A stretch of 64,000 bases of DNA, from positions 2,752,001-2,816,000 of the forward strand of contig OY968796.1 in assembly GCA_963695545.1 (NCBI GenBank), read 5' to 3'. This stretch comes from Terriglobia bacterium. Lineage in GTDB: Bacteria; Acidobacteriota; Terriglobia; Acidiferrales; UBA7541. A model generated the notes under the pieces. It searched no databases and was not told the DNA's origin. It was given only the letters and a program-made list of their open reading frames with translations. How positions within the stretch are numbered: position 1 is the stretch's first letter; every line of letters starts with the position of its first letter. The position numbers and the translations under genes were made by a program. Shown in pieces: positions 36,838 through 47,696 of the stretch.

Positions 36838-38460
36838 GTGGAACTTGTGGAATCGACAATTGCCAAGTTCGAGGCAGAACGCGCTGAATTGGATTCGCTC
36901 CTCGGCTCGGAGACGTTCGGTCGCGTTAGCAATCTGGCCAAAATTCTGAGCTTCATTTGCGATAAGTATTTTCAGGGAGCCACGGACGAACTGAAGGAAT
37001 ACGACATCGCGGTTCACGCCCTCGGACGTTCCAAGGATTTCGATCCTCAGATCGACACGATCGTACGAGTGACTGCTTACGCTCTTCGCAAACGACTGGA
37101 ACAGTACTATCGCACAGAGGGCGCGGACCATCCGGTCCAGATCTGTTTGCCTCCCGGCCGGTATGTCCCCAAGTTTGTACGCAGGACTGAGCTGTCGGCG
37201 GAAAAATTCCAACTCGAGTCTCGCGATGGAGCGGAGGTGGCCGACGGCAACGCGGCACCCGCATTTTCCACTTCGGCCTCGGAGTTTCAGCGAGCTCGGT
37301 TGGACAGTGAATTGAAAGTGATCGAGAAGGCCACTCAGGAGAGACCGGAGTCGGTCGCCTCTCGGCCGCGTCTCGTGTCAGATCGCCGATTCCGAATCTG
37401 GACCGCGCTTGCTGTGGCCTTGTTCAGTACGTCTGCGATCGTCGCCGTGGCGTTCTTCGCGTGGAAGCGCCCGCATATCGCGGGATTCGGAGCCGAATCG
37501 GCAGAGTTGTCTCCCCCTCTTCCGGTCGATGCCTCCGGAAACTCCGTCCGCGCCCTCGTAGGAGACGGCCGGGCGCCCTACGTGGATCGTGCCGGACAAT
37601 CCTGGAGCAGCGATTCTTCGTGCTCCGGCGGAACCACTTTCTCGGTTCCCGCCCGCGCGATTCAAGGAACGCGGGATCCGCAATTGTTTCTCGGCGGACG
37701 CAGCGGCCAGTTCCATTGCGCGTTTTCCCTCCCTGCGGGGATCTATGAAGTGCACCTCTTGTTCGCCGAGACCACCGGGCTTCAGGAGACCTCGCGCACC
37801 GTCGTTTACTCTTTAAACGGAGCGCCCTCGACAGAATTGGACGTTGTGGATGACACGGGTGGCGATGACATTGAGACTGAGAAGGTATTTGTTGACGTTC
37901 ATCCCGAACAGGATGGCAAAATCCATCTTGATTTCCCGTCTCCCGAGTCCTATCTGAACGCCATCGAAATTCTGCCCGGAATCCCGAAGCGCATGCTGCC
38001 GGTGAGAATCTATGCGGGAGAGGCTCCGTATCGCGGTTCCGACGGCCAGATTTGGCTCCCCAATCGATATTTCTTTGGCGGCCGGCCCAGCCATCTTGAG
38101 GTGGTGGATGCGGCCGGCGCCCCGGACGGCGCCCTTTTCTCGTCCCAATGGATCGGACACTTTCATTACGTGATCCCTGTCGCCCCGGGAGAGAAATACA
38201 CCGTGAAGCTTCATTTTCTGGAATCTTGGTTCGGCGGCCAACGCGGGGTTGACGGCGGAGCAGGCAGCAGGGTTTTCGACGTTTGGTGCAACGGAACCGT
38301 GATTTTGAACCATTTCGATATCTTCCGAGAATCGGGCACCGCGCCGCTGACGAAGACCTTTCAGCATATCGAGCCCACCGGACAGGACAAGATCCAGCTC
38401 GATTTCATGCCCGAGCGCAACTACCCGTCACTGAATGCCATCGAAGTCATTCCGGAGTAG
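36838..38460 (+). CDS. Membrane-anchored protein: N-terminal winged-helix-like domain, one TM, two malectin domains
   Basis: LKEYDIAV.ALGR..DFDP..D.IVRV.A..LRKRL..YY..EG...I.LP.G.Y.P.F; TM WTALAVALF...; malectin motifs YVD..G..W..D, Y.V.L.FAE, G.RVFDV..NG..IL..FDI, LNAIEV/I. Confidence 0.85.
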   Translation: MELVESTIAKFEAERAELDSLLGSETFGRVSNLAKILSFICDKYFQGATDELKEYDIAVHALGRSKDFDPQIDTIVRVTAYALRKRLEQYYRTEGADHPVQICLPPGRYVPKFVRRTELSAEKFQLESRDGAEVADGNAAPAFSTSASEFQRARLDSELKVIEKATQERPESVASRPRLVSDRRFRIWTALAVALFSTSAIVAVAFFAWKRPHIAGFGAESAELSPPLPVDASGNSVRALVGDGRAPYVDRAGQSWSSDSSCSGGTTFSVPARAIQGTRDPQLFLGGRSGQFHCAFSLPAGIYEVHLLFAETTGLQETSRTVVYSLNGAPSTELDVVDDTGGDDIETEKVFVDVHPEQDGKIHLDFPSPESYLNAIEILPGIPKRMLPVRIYAGEAPYRGSDGQIWLPNRYFFGGRPSHLEVVDAAGAPDGALFSSQWIGHFHYVIPVAPGEKYTVKLHFLESWFGGQRGVDGGAGSRVFDVWCNGTVILNHFDIFRESGTAPLTKTFQHIEPTGQDKIQLDFMPERNYPSLNAIEVIPE

Positions 38461-38637
38461 ATAGCGCCGCGCTTCGACGCGGAGTTTTGGCGCTCAACTG
38501 AGGCGGACGGTGCGCGAATCGGCCCATGCCCTCGTGAGCACACGTTCGAGAATCTGCAAGCCGCCTACTTCGCGTCTGCATGGATCACCACGCTTAGTGG
38601 ACGTTTGATTTTAACTGTGGGGCTTCGCTCCCTGCAC

Positions 38638-38649
38638 AATAACGTTATT
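38638..38649. promoter_or_regulatory. Perfect 12-bp palindrome AATAACGTTATT, candidate LacI-family operator
   Basis: CG-centred palindrome about 180 bp upstream of the LacI gene. Confidence 0.45.
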
Positions 38650-38826
38650 TCTGAGCGCAATGGGGGCGATCCCTCGCGGCCCGTGCGTTCTGGGCGCGTC
38701 TGCGATAGACTACCCGGGCTTTTCGAGTAAGCGTCACGACCCCGTCCGGCGGCGCGGGAGCGACCGTCATCGCGGATCTGTTTGGTGCCGCATGCCCGCA
38801 TTTTCTGAAATTGAGGACATCGCTGA

Positions 38827-39876
38827 ATGAAGCCGCGCGCGAAAACCGCCAGCATTCGAAAACACTCCCCGGTCACTCTCAAGGTCGTCGCCGAGCAAGT
38901 CGGCTTCACGCCGGGAACCGTTTCCGCGGTTTTGAACAATTCGGCCGCGGCCCGCTCTTTCCCGCAGCAGACCAAGAATCGCATTCTGGCTGCCGCGCGC
39001 GAACTCAATTACCGGCCCAATTTTCTGGCGCGTTCACTGCGCGTGAAGCGCACTTACACCATCGGCGTGATTACCGAGGAAATCGGCGATGCGTACGGCG
39101 CGATGGTTATCGGCGGAATCGAGCGGCATTTGGGACAGCACGGATATTTATTCCTGACCGTGGCACACCGGCACGATGCCAAGCTGCTCGACACGTACGC
39201 GCACCTTCTTCTGCAGCGCGGCGTCGAGGGCCTAATCACCGTGGACACGTCGATCGAGCAGGAATTGCCGCTGCCCATTATCGCCGTTGCCGGGCACCGC
39301 CGCGCGAAAGGCGTCACGAATCTTGTGCTCGATCATCACGCTGCCGCGCTGATGGCTCTGAAGCATTTGCAGGAACTCGGGCACACGGAGATTGCGTTTA
39401 TGCAGGGACCGAAGGTTAGCTCGGATACCGAAGACCGCTGGAAGGCTATCGTCGAAGTCAGCCGCAAGCTCGGCATCGCCGTCCGGCAGGCGTTGATCGT
39501 ACGCCTGAAAAACGAATCGGCGGCTCCGCATCTGGGCTACCCATCTGCGAAGCAACTGCTCTCTCGCGGCAAGCGATTCACTGCGCTCTTCGCTTACAAC
39601 GACAATTCCGCGATTGGCGCGATTCGGGCGTTCCAGGATGCGGGCCTGCGCGTCCCAGAGGATATCTCCGTCGTGGGCTTCGACGATATCGAGAGCGCGG
39701 CGTACGGCAATCCGAGCGTGACGACCGTGCGCCAGCCACTTCACAAAATGGGCGACCTTGCGGCGCGCACGCTGCTCGACCGCATCGAGAAGCGCGGCAC
39801 ATTCCTTTCCGAAATCACGGTCGAGCCGGAATTTGTGGTGCGCCAATCGACGGCTCGCGCGCCTTCCGCTAAGTAA
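38827..39876 (+). CDS. LacI-family transcriptional regulator
   Basis: [32 protein letters not shown] hinge; [21 protein letters not shown]. Confidence 0.95.
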   Translation: MKPRAKTASIRKHSPVTLKVVAEQVGFTPGTVSAVLNNSAAARSFPQQTKNRILAAARELNYRPNFLARSLRVKRTYTIGVITEEIGDAYGAMVIGGIERHLGQHGYLFLTVAHRHDAKLLDTYAHLLLQRGVEGLITVDTSIEQELPLPIIAVAGHRRAKGVTNLVLDHHAAALMALKHLQELGHTEIAFMQGPKVSSDTEDRWKAIVEVSRKLGIAVRQALIVRLKNESAAPHLGYPSAKQLLSRGKRFTALFAYNDNSAIGAIRAFQDAGLRVPEDISVVGFDDIESAAYGNPSVTTVRQPLHKMGDLAARTLLDRIEKRGTFLSEITVEPEFVVRQSTARAPSAK

Positions 39877-39942
39877 AGCGCGAAGGGGTTCCGCTGGCCG
39901 CAATTCGCGGAGTCCGAAATTTTCGCCTGGCATGGTTCCCTG

Positions 39943-41139
39943 ATGACCGCCATCGAGTCTCGCAGTGCCACTCACGCCGTCTCTCTCCGCCGCGATTTTT
40001 CGAGCGGGGCGGCGAATGTTGTGGTGCATGCGGGTTTCGTCGTCTCCGGCGTCGTCACGATTCTACTCGGCCCGATTCTGCCCATCTTGATCGCGCGGTG
40101 GGCGCTGAGCGACGAGCGCGCCGGTTTATTTTTCACCGTGCAGTTTGTAGGCAATCTGATGGGAGTCGCTTCCCTGGGCGCGCTGCTTTCCCGCCGTGGC
40201 TACGGGACGACGCTCATCGCCGGTTACGTTCTGATGGCGCTGGGCGTCGCGGGTCTCGCGCTTCGCAGTGAAGACCTCGGCTTGCTCGCGACCGCGATGT
40301 TCGGCTACGGCCTCGGCCTGGTTCTCTCTGCGTCGAACTTGTGGGTTGCCGAGGTTGCCGGCGCGCGACGCGCCGCTGCAGTGAGCATTCTGAATGTGGT
40401 CTGGGGCATCGGAGCGATCGCGTGTGCGCCGCTTGTGATGTTTGCCTACAGGGCCCACAGGCTTTCGCCGCTTCTCTATTGTGTCTCGGCATTGTCGATT
40501 CTGGTTGCGCTCGCGCTGGCATCGATGGACATCGAACCTCCCTCGCGAAAAAGCGCGGATCCCGCTGCGCCCGCGCCCCACGTCGGCAAGCGAACTGCCC
40601 TGGCGTTAGGCTGCCTTTTTTTTCTGTATGTTGGTACCGAGAATTCCATCGGCGGCTGGGGCGCTGCGTTTGCCAAGCGCGTTGGCGGCGGCAGCGGCAA
40701 TGTGTGGGAGCTCGCGCCGATGTTTTTCTGGGTCGGATTAATTGCCGGGAGATCGCTGGTGTCTGTGACTCTTCCTCGAATCAGCGAGAAGGCCTTTGTC
40801 GTTGGAGGATTGATCGTCGCCGGACTCGGCAACGCGGCGCTGCTCGGGGTTTCGGGATTTCGCGCCGCTCTAGCCTGCCTGATTGTCACCGGCGCTGGAT
40901 TGGCGGCGGTTTATCCGTCGCTCATCGCCTCGATGGTCGGATACTACGGCACGCGCTCCAGACGCACGGGCAACATTTTGTTTGCGCTGGCGTCGTGCGG
41001 CGGCGCGTCGATGCCGTGGCTCGTCGGCTTTATCTCGACCCACGCCGCCAGTCTTCGCGCGGGCCTATTCGCGCCGCTGGTCGCGTGTGCAATGATGCTG
41101 GGCCTGCAGTTCGTATTGCCGGCGCCGGCTCCGATATGA
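39943..41139 (+). CDS. MFS transporter (FucP/TsgA-like)
   Basis: About 12 hydrophobic segments; LGPILP, FLYVGTE.SIGGW. Confidence 0.85.
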   Translation: MTAIESRSATHAVSLRRDFSSGAANVVVHAGFVVSGVVTILLGPILPILIARWALSDERAGLFFTVQFVGNLMGVASLGALLSRRGYGTTLIAGYVLMALGVAGLALRSEDLGLLATAMFGYGLGLVLSASNLWVAEVAGARRAAAVSILNVVWGIGAIACAPLVMFAYRAHRLSPLLYCVSALSILVALALASMDIEPPSRKSADPAAPAPHVGKRTALALGCLFFLYVGTENSIGGWGAAFAKRVGGGSGNVWELAPMFFWVGLIAGRSLVSVTLPRISEKAFVVGGLIVAGLGNAALLGVSGFRAALACLIVTGAGLAAVYPSLIASMVGYYGTRSRRTGNILFALASCGGASMPWLVGFISTHAASLRAGLFAPLVACAMMLGLQFVLPAPAPI

Positions 41140-41206
41140 AATTTCGCTGACGCGCGCTGCCGGCTGCCGCCGTGTCGATCTCGAGAATATGCACATGAGG
41201 ATTGCG

Positions 41207-43057
41207 ATGAATAGAACCGTACGTATCGCTGTGATCTGCGCCGTAATTGCCGTTTGCGCGTGCGGGATTTCAAGCTTCGCTTCCACGGCCACGGCTCCGT
41301 CGAACGTGATCGCCAACGTCTCGGCCCGTACAACGATAAGCCTCGATGGAACTTGGAATGCAATCGTCGACCCGATGGGAACCGGCGCGGGCGGCGCGAT
41401 GTGTAAGAACGCCAAGCCCAAAGACTCGCGCGACCTCGTCGAATACGATTTCGACACGGCCGGAACCTTGAAAGTTCCGGGCGATTGGAACACCCAGCGC
41501 GACAACTTGATGTTCTACGAAGGCTCGGTCTGGTACGAGAAATCCTTTTCCTACAAGATGCGCGAGCACACGCGGGTCTTCGCCTATTTCGGCGCGGCCA
41601 ATTACCGCGCGTCGGTCTGCGTGAACGGCGAAAAGGTCGGCGAACATCAGGGCGGATTCACGCCGTTTAATTTCGAGGTCACCAGTAATCTTCACGACGG
41701 CGAGAATTTCATCGTGGTCGAGGTCAACGATCAGCGCGCCGCGAACGGCGTTCCCGGCCCTTCGACCGATTTTTGGAATTATGGCGGCTTGACGCGCGGC
41801 GTTTCGCTCGTAGAAGTGCCCGACGCGTTCATTCAGGATTACTTCGTCCAATTGGCGAAGGGTTCCCAAAGCGAAATCTCCGGCTGGGTGAAATTGAACG
41901 GCGCCGCGGGCACTGCGCAGCAGGTTACGCTCGAAATTCCCGATGCGGGGATCAAGCAAGTCGTCACCACGGATGCTGAAGGCTACGGAGAATTCCATTT
42001 CTCCGCGAAGCTCGACCTTTGGTCGCCCGAGCATCCGAAACTCTACGAAGTAAAGCTCTCGACGAGCGGCGATTCCGTGACCGACCAAATCGGGTTCCGC
42101 ACCATCGAAACGAGTGGGACGCAAATTCTGCTCAACGGGAAACCGATTTTCCTCCGTGGCGTTTCCATGCACGAGGAAGCCCCGTTCAAAGGCGGCAGGA
42201 TTTTTACGCCGGAAGACGACGCGATTCTTCTCGGATGGGCTAAGGAACTCGGCTGCAATTACGTGCGCATGGCCCACTATCCATACAACGAAGCCATGAA
42301 TCGCCTGGCGGATAAAATGGGAATTCTCGTTTGGTCCGAGATTCCCGTTTGGCAGCGCGTGGCGTTTGACGACCCCGCAACGCTCGAGAACGCCGAAGAT
42401 CAGTTGCGCGACATGATCGCCCGCGACCACAATCGCGCCTCTGTGATTTTCTGGTCCGTCTCGAACGAAACTCCGGTCACACCGGAGCGCCTCGTGTTTC
42501 TGAAAACGCTCATTGATGATGCGCGAGCCGAAGATCCGACGCGTTTGATCACTTCAGCCACCAATCACGCGATCTTCACGCCGCCCGACACGATGTCCGT
42601 GCCCGATCCGCTGGCCGATTTTCTCGACGTCGTCGGCGTGAACGAATACATCGGCTGGTATGCCACTTCAACGGCCGAGGGCCCAGGCCATCAGCAGATG
42701 ATGACCCCTGAGGATTGTGATCACTTGCATTGGAACTTGCCGCCCAACAAGCTAATCATCATCAGCGAATTCGGCGCCGAAGCGCCGTACGGCAATCACG
42801 GCGATGCCGCCACGCGCTGGACCGAGGAGTTTCAGGCGAATTTCTTCGTGCATCAACTCGCCATGCTCAATCGCATTCCGTCGCTTGCGGGAATGTCTCC
42901 CTGGGTGCTGATGGATTTTCGTTCCCCGCGCCGTTATCTCGCGGGAATTCAGGATTTCCATAATCGAAAGGGACTTATTTCCGATCGCGGCCAGCGCAAA
43001 GAGGCGTTCTACGTTTTGCAGAAGTTCTACCAGCAGAAGGCGCAAAGCCCCAACTGA
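41207..43057 (+). CDS. Secreted GH2 glycosidase, probably beta-glucuronidase
   Basis: VPGDWN, H.GGFTPF, DFWNYGG, GFRTIE, RMAHYP, WSVSNE, ISEFG and the NxKG motif (HNRKG). GAGGA RBS before ATG 41207. Confidence 0.92.
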   Translation: MNRTVRIAVICAVIAVCACGISSFASTATAPSNVIANVSARTTISLDGTWNAIVDPMGTGAGGAMCKNAKPKDSRDLVEYDFDTAGTLKVPGDWNTQRDNLMFYEGSVWYEKSFSYKMREHTRVFAYFGAANYRASVCVNGEKVGEHQGGFTPFNFEVTSNLHDGENFIVVEVNDQRAANGVPGPSTDFWNYGGLTRGVSLVEVPDAFIQDYFVQLAKGSQSEISGWVKLNGAAGTAQQVTLEIPDAGIKQVVTTDAEGYGEFHFSAKLDLWSPEHPKLYEVKLSTSGDSVTDQIGFRTIETSGTQILLNGKPIFLRGVSMHEEAPFKGGRIFTPEDDAILLGWAKELGCNYVRMAHYPYNEAMNRLADKMGILVWSEIPVWQRVAFDDPATLENAEDQLRDMIARDHNRASVIFWSVSNETPVTPERLVFLKTLIDDARAEDPTRLITSATNHAIFTPPDTMSVPDPLADFLDVVGVNEYIGWYATSTAEGPGHQQMMTPEDCDHLHWNLPPNKLIIISEFGAEAPYGNHGDAATRWTEEFQANFFVHQLAMLNRIPSLAGMSPWVLMDFRSPRRYLAGIQDFHNRKGLISDRGQRKEAFYVLQKFYQQKAQSPN

Positions 43058-43168
43058 CGGTTTTGTCGGTCGCGAAATTCGCAAGGCCCCGGCGGGCTTC
43101 ACGCCCTGGCGTTTTTTTGATCGTATTTCTGCGCAATAATAATGTTGGCTAGCTCGAGGAGGTTTCCC

Positions 43169-43960
43169 ATGAACACCTGGCGCGGCAAATGGGCGCTCGT
43201 CACCGGCGCGAGCGCGGGAATCGGCAAAGCGCTCGCCACCGAGCTAGCCGCCGGCGGCGCGAACTTGGTGCTCACCGCGCGACGTCGCGATCGCCTCGAG
43301 CAATTGGCGGCGGAATTGTCAGCCAAGCACGGTGTGCGCGCCGAAGTGTGCGCAGCCGATCTCGGAACGCCCGCCGCCCCGCGTGAGATTTTTCATTTCA
43401 CCGCGAGTCGCGGCATCGACGTCGACGTGCTCATCAACAACGCCGGCTTCGGCGCCACCGGAGAATTCACCGCCATCCCCATCGAGCGCCAGCTCGAGAT
43501 GGTGCAAGTGAACTGCGCCGCAGTGACGCACCTCACGCAGTTGTATCTCGGCGGAATGGTCGCGCGCCGTCGTGGCTACGTGATGATCCTCGCGTCGACC
43601 GCCGCGTTTCAAGGCGTGCCGTACCTTTCGGTTTACGCCGCGACGAAGGGTTTCGATTTGCTTCTCGCCGAAGGACTCGCCGAGGAAATGCGGCCATACG
43701 GCGTGCGCGTCTGCGCGCTCTGTCCCGGCCAGACTGAATCCGAATTCTTCCAGGTCGCCGGCACCAGCGCGAACAAACGCTCCGGCAAACAAACGGCGGA
43801 AAAAGTTGCGCGCACTGGCCTCGTCGCGCTGGCCAAAGGAAAAAGCTTCGTAATCTCCGGCGTGATGAATAAACTCATGGCCGAATCCGAGCGCCTCATG
43901 CCGCGAAGGATTGTCGCGAGCGTCGCGGGCAGCATGTACCGGCCGAAGGGGCACGTCTGA
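43169..43960 (+). CDS. Short-chain dehydrogenase/reductase (DltE-like)
   Basis: TGASAGIG, NNAG, YAATK; GGAGG RBS. Confidence 0.92.
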   Translation: MNTWRGKWALVTGASAGIGKALATELAAGGANLVLTARRRDRLEQLAAELSAKHGVRAEVCAADLGTPAAPREIFHFTASRGIDVDVLINNAGFGATGEFTAIPIERQLEMVQVNCAAVTHLTQLYLGGMVARRRGYVMILASTAAFQGVPYLSVYAATKGFDLLLAEGLAEEMRPYGVRVCALCPGQTESEFFQVAGTSANKRSGKQTAEKVARTGLVALAKGKSFVISGVMNKLMAESERLMPRRIVASVAGSMYRPKGHV

Positions 43961-43963
43961 GCG

Positions 43964-44230
43964 ATGGATCTCGCGGGGCTAGAGCGCCAGTTGCACGCGG
44001 AAGGTTTCCGCCACACATTCGTTTGGCAAGATGGAGCGCAGGCGAATTATCCCGATCACACCCACGCTACGGAAACCGCGCACGTGATTCTGGAAGGCGA
44101 GATGACGCTCACCACCGGCGGCGAGACCCGCACGTTCCGTGTCGGCGAGCGCTGTGATGTTCCGGCCGGAGCGGTGCACTCGGCGCGCATGGGCCCGCGC
44201 GGTTGCCGATATCTCATCGGAGAGAAGTAG
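43964..44230 (+). CDS. Small cupin-domain protein
   Basis: PDHTH..E..HVILEGEM...VPAGAVH. Confidence 0.85.
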   Translation: MDLAGLERQLHAEGFRHTFVWQDGAQANYPDHTHATETAHVILEGEMTLTTGGETRTFRVGERCDVPAGAVHSARMGPRGCRYLIGEK

Positions 44231-44247
44231 TCGAGCGTAGGCGCGCG

Positions 44248-45627
44248 CTAAGAAGACACTTCGCTTTGACGTGTTGTGCTCGCGTCGGCCGCGATCGCGC
44301 GATCGAGCAGCTCGATCACATGTATCACCTGTTGCCCCGTTGAATGAATTGCGGCGCCCGCGCGCAGTTGCAATAAGCAGCCCGGATTGGCAGTGACGAT
44401 CGTCGGCGCGCCGGTAGCCGCCGCGTGTTTCATCTTCTCCGTCAACAATTCGAGCGAGGCCTTCGTTTCCGTGACGTTATAAACTCCCGCCGAGCCGCAA
44501 CAAAAATCCGCCATTTTCATTTCCACGAGCTCCACGCCCGGCACTGCGCGCATCAAACGTCGCGGCGCGTCATGAATTTTCTGGCCGTGGAGAAGATGGC
44601 ACGAATCCTGATACGTCACGCGCATCGGCGCCGCGTGCAGCGGTGCGCTTAGCCCCAATTCCGCCAGAAACTCCGTGACGTCGCGCATGCGCCGCGAGAA
44701 CGTGTGCGCTCGATCGTGCGCCGCGTCGCCCTCCGCCAAAAGTTGATCGTATTCCTTCAGCGTCGAGCCGCATCCCGCGGCATTCGTCAGGATCGCGTCA
44801 AATGGCTCGGCCAGAAACGCATCAAGATTTGTTCGCGCCAGATCGCGCGCGACGTCGCGCACGCCCGCATGCGCCGCCAAAGCGCCGCAGCAAGTTTGAT
44901 TCGCCGGCACCACCACTTCGCAGCCGTTCGCCGTGAGCACGCGAATCGTGGCGCGATTGAGTTCTGCGAAACTTACTTCTGCGATGCATCCCGCAAAAAA
45001 CGCCACGCGCGCCCGACGTGGACCCTTCGCCGGAAACGTCTTGCCCAGCGCCGAATAGAAAAATTCGGAATCGATCGTCGGCATCAGCCGCTCGCGTTCA
45101 GCCAGACCAAAAAGCCGCAGCACACCGCTGGCCCTCGCCACGCGCTGCAATCCCGACCGCTGATAAAACCGCACCAGCCGAGCCGCCGCCGCGATGCGTC
45201 GCGGGTACGGCAGCAAATGCCGAAACACCAGGCTGCGCGCCGCACGCGAAGACAACGGACGCCGGTAATGCATCTCGATCTGCGCGCGCGCATCTTCCAC
45301 CAATTTCCCGTATTCGACGCCCGACGGGCACGCCGTCTCGCACGCCCGGCAATCAAGACACTGATCGATGTGCTTCACGAACGACGCGCCCAGCTCGAGC
45401 GCGCCCTGATCCACCAGCAACATCTGTCGAATGCGCCCGCGCGGAGAATCGGCTTCCAGTCCCCAAAGTTTGTAGGTGGGACAATGATTCAGGCACAGAC
45501 CGCAGTGAATGCAGCGCGCGTAATCTTCATACTGCGGCGCGTCCGGACCCGAAAATCCGCTGCGCGCCGGTTGGTTCAGCGCAACAGCCTCGGCATCCGC
45601 GTCGCCGCCGGTCGCCGCGTTATGCAT
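44248..45627 (-). CDS. glcF: Glycolate oxidase iron-sulfur subunit
   Basis: CIHCGLCLNHCP, SPRGRI, CLDCRACETACP, two CCG domains, NPGC. Confidence 0.9.
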   Translation of the reverse strand: MHNAATGGDADAEAVALNQPARSGFSGPDAPQYEDYARCIHCGLCLNHCPTYKLWGLEADSPRGRIRQMLLVDQGALELGASFVKHIDQCLDCRACETACPSGVEYGKLVEDARAQIEMHYRRPLSSRAARSLVFRHLLPYPRRIAAAARLVRFYQRSGLQRVARASGVLRLFGLAERERLMPTIDSEFFYSALGKTFPAKGPRRARVAFFAGCIAEVSFAELNRATIRVLTANGCEVVVPANQTCCGALAAHAGVRDVARDLARTNLDAFLAEPFDAILTNAAGCGSTLKEYDQLLAEGDAAHDRAHTFSRRMRDVTEFLAELGLSAPLHAAPMRVTYQDSCHLLHGQKIHDAPRRLMRAVPGVELVEMKMADFCCGSAGVYNVTETKASLELLTEKMKHAAATGAPTIVTANPGCLLQLRAGAAIHSTGQQVIHVIELLDRAIAADASTTRQSEVSS

Positions 45628-46210
45628 GCGCTGCCATCCGCGCTTCCAGATTGGCTTTCACGTCAGGCCATTCCTCTTCGATGATGCTGAACCACACGCT
45701 GTGCCGGAAACTGCCGTCGTGCGTAATCATATGGTTGCGAAACACGCCTTCGGGCTGCGCACCCAGAGCGGCGATCGCGGTTTGCGATTGAGAATTTCTG
45801 TGGTGCGTCTTGAACGAGACCCGGATCGCGCCCAGCACTTCAAACGCGTGCCGCAGTTGCAGATATTTCGCATCCACGTTTATTCCCGAGCGCTGCCACG
45901 CCGGCGCGATCCAGGTGCCGCCGATCTCGAGGCCGCGATTGCGCGCGTCGATATCCATGTAGCGCGTCGAACCAATAATTTTTCCGCTGTCGACGCTCCT
46001 CGTCACCCACGGCAGCGCCTTGCCCAGCGCCGCGTGCTCGAGAGCCTCTTGCATCCACGCCCGCAGGTCTGCCTCGGATGTCACGCGCGTCCGCGTCCAT
46101 CGCCAAATTTCCGGAGCTAACGCCACCTCGGCCAGCGCCGGCAGGTGGTCCATGCGCATCGGCTCGAGCCGTACGAGTCGCCCTTCGAGCACCACCGGCT
46201 CGACCACCAT
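45620..46210 (-). CDS. GNAT (RimJ/RimL-like) N-acetyltransferase
   Basis: G..VRLEP, IGSTRY, EIGGTW, N..S..AI..LGA..EG..R.H, R.SV.FSI...EWP. Confidence 0.88.
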   Translation of the reverse strand: MVVEPVVLEGRLVRLEPMRMDHLPALAEVALAPEIWRWTRTRVTSEADLRAWMQEALEHAALGKALPWVTRSVDSGKIIGSTRYMDIDARNRGLEIGGTWIAPAWQRSGINVDAKYLQLRHAFEVLGAIRVSFKTHHRNSQSQTAIAALGAQPEGVFRNHMITHDGSFRHSVWFSIIEEEWPDVKANLEARMAAHA

Positions 46211-46298
46211 CGGTTTTCGTTCGCTCACAAAATTGAGTCTATCAAATTCCCGGCGGGCTCGAGGCGGAGCCCGCACCCGTGTGGAAGGCGCGATCTCA

Positions 46299-47696
46299 CT
46301 ACAACCCTCCGCAGTATCGGCCCGGAGCCAGAGCGCCGTGCGGATCGAAGATATTTTTCACACGTTGCATCAAAACGAAATCCTCGCGCGCATCGCCCCA
46401 AAGCGAAATGCGCCGCTTCAGCGCTGTAGGGCACCATTCGACGAATCCTCGCGCCGCCCCCGCTCCGTTCGATGCGGCCTCGAGTATCTCCTTGATCGCC
46501 GCCGCGAGAGACGCTTGCGCCTGATCGTTCGCAGCACCGGGCGAGCGCGGCCACAGCGCAACGTAACCTGTTCCCGCCGAACCCGCCGCTCCCAACGCCA
46601 GCGCTGCCTCCAGGTTGTGCGCGTCCGCAATCGCCGCAAGCCGCCCCGCGACCGCTGCGGCCGCGGCTGGCAGTAGCGCGATCCGTGTGATCGTCGCCGC
46701 GGCGGAATGCTCGCGTGCAAGTCTCGCGAATTCCCGAACCGCGCGCAGACAGCGCGCCGCGTCCGCGCCGCTCCACGCCTCAAATCGCGCGGCGCGCGCC
46801 TCTCGCGCCATGCGTTCAAGCTCCCGCGCGTGCCGCTCGACGATCGCCGCGCTCCCCGCCGCGGCAATCACCACGCGCCACGCGCGCGCATCGGCAGGAA
46901 ATTGCGCCGCAAGACCGGAAATTTCCGCGGCGCTCGGATCGAGCATCTCAATCGCGCGCGGCTCGAGCGCCGATGCCGCGACACCGCGGCAAAATTCGAG
47001 CGCCGCGCCCGCCGCGCCAAACGCCGCGGTGAAAACCCGCCCCTCGGCCGGCCGGGGAAAAGTACGGAAATGCACACGCGTAATCACCGCAAGCGTCCCC
47101 AGCGAGCCGATCAACAATTTATGCAAATCGTACCCCGTCACGTTCTTCACCACGCGCCCGCCGCTCTTCGCAATCTCGCCGAGCCCGGTGACGAATTCCA
47201 TCCCCAGCACGAAATCGCGCGCCGAACCGAAATGTGCGCGCAGCGGCGAATAAGCGTTCGTCGCGATGGCTCCCCCGACCGTGGCGCGCTCGGCGAACGC
47301 AACCTCGAGCGGCAAAAATTGCCCGTGCTCGCCCAGCTCGCGTTGCAATTCTTCGATGCGCACGCCCGGCTCGACGCTGAGCGTCAGATCGCCCGGATCG
47401 TAAGAGATCACGTGATTCATCGCGGAGAGGTCGAGCGCCACGTCGTAGCGCGCCGGCACGCCCCCAATCGCGAGCTTGCTGCGCCCGGAGCAGGGAATTA
47501 CGGCGAGCGCTTCGGCCGCGGCCAGCCGCACAAGTTCCGCGACGTCGCCGGCGCCGGTGGGCCGCACAACTGCCGCGGGCCGCATCCCGTCGATTTCGTA
47601 TGCCGCAAGTGACGCGTGATCGGTAAACGTGCGAGACGCGCCCAGCGATTTCTCCAGGCGCGCGATTTGCGTATCTGAAAGGAGACCTTGCTTCAT
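46299..47696 (-). CDS. glcE: Glycolate oxidase FAD-binding subunit
   Basis: DLTL.VE.G, ATVGG, GGRVVKNVTGYDL.KL.IGS.GTL, K..FDP. ATG 47696 overlaps the glcD stop (ATGA). Confidence 0.88.
   Translation of the reverse strand: MKQGLLSDTQIARLEKSLGASRTFTDHASLAAYEIDGMRPAAVVRPTGAGDVAELVRLAAAEALAVIPCSGRSKLAIGGVPARYDVALDLSAMNHVISYDPGDLTLSVEPGVRIEELQRELGEHGQFLPLEVAFAERATVGGAIATNAYSPLRAHFGSARDFVLGMEFVTGLGEIAKSGGRVVKNVTGYDLHKLLIGSLGTLAVITRVHFRTFPRPAEGRVFTAAFGAAGAALEFCRGVAASALEPRAIEMLDPSAAEISGLAAQFPADARAWRVVIAAAGSAAIVERHARELERMAREARAARFEAWSGADAARCLRAVREFARLAREHSAAATITRIALLPAAAAAVAGRLAAIADAHNLEAALALGAAGSAGTGYVALWPRSPGAANDQAQASLAAAIKEILEAASNGAGAARGFVEWCPTALKRRISLWGDAREDFVLMQRVKNIFDPHGALAPGRYCGGL

Noticed and set aside
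43085..43118. Possible intrinsic terminator after GH2
   Set aside because: A T7 tract is present but only a 4-bp GGGC/GCCC stem pairs cleanly; too weak to call.
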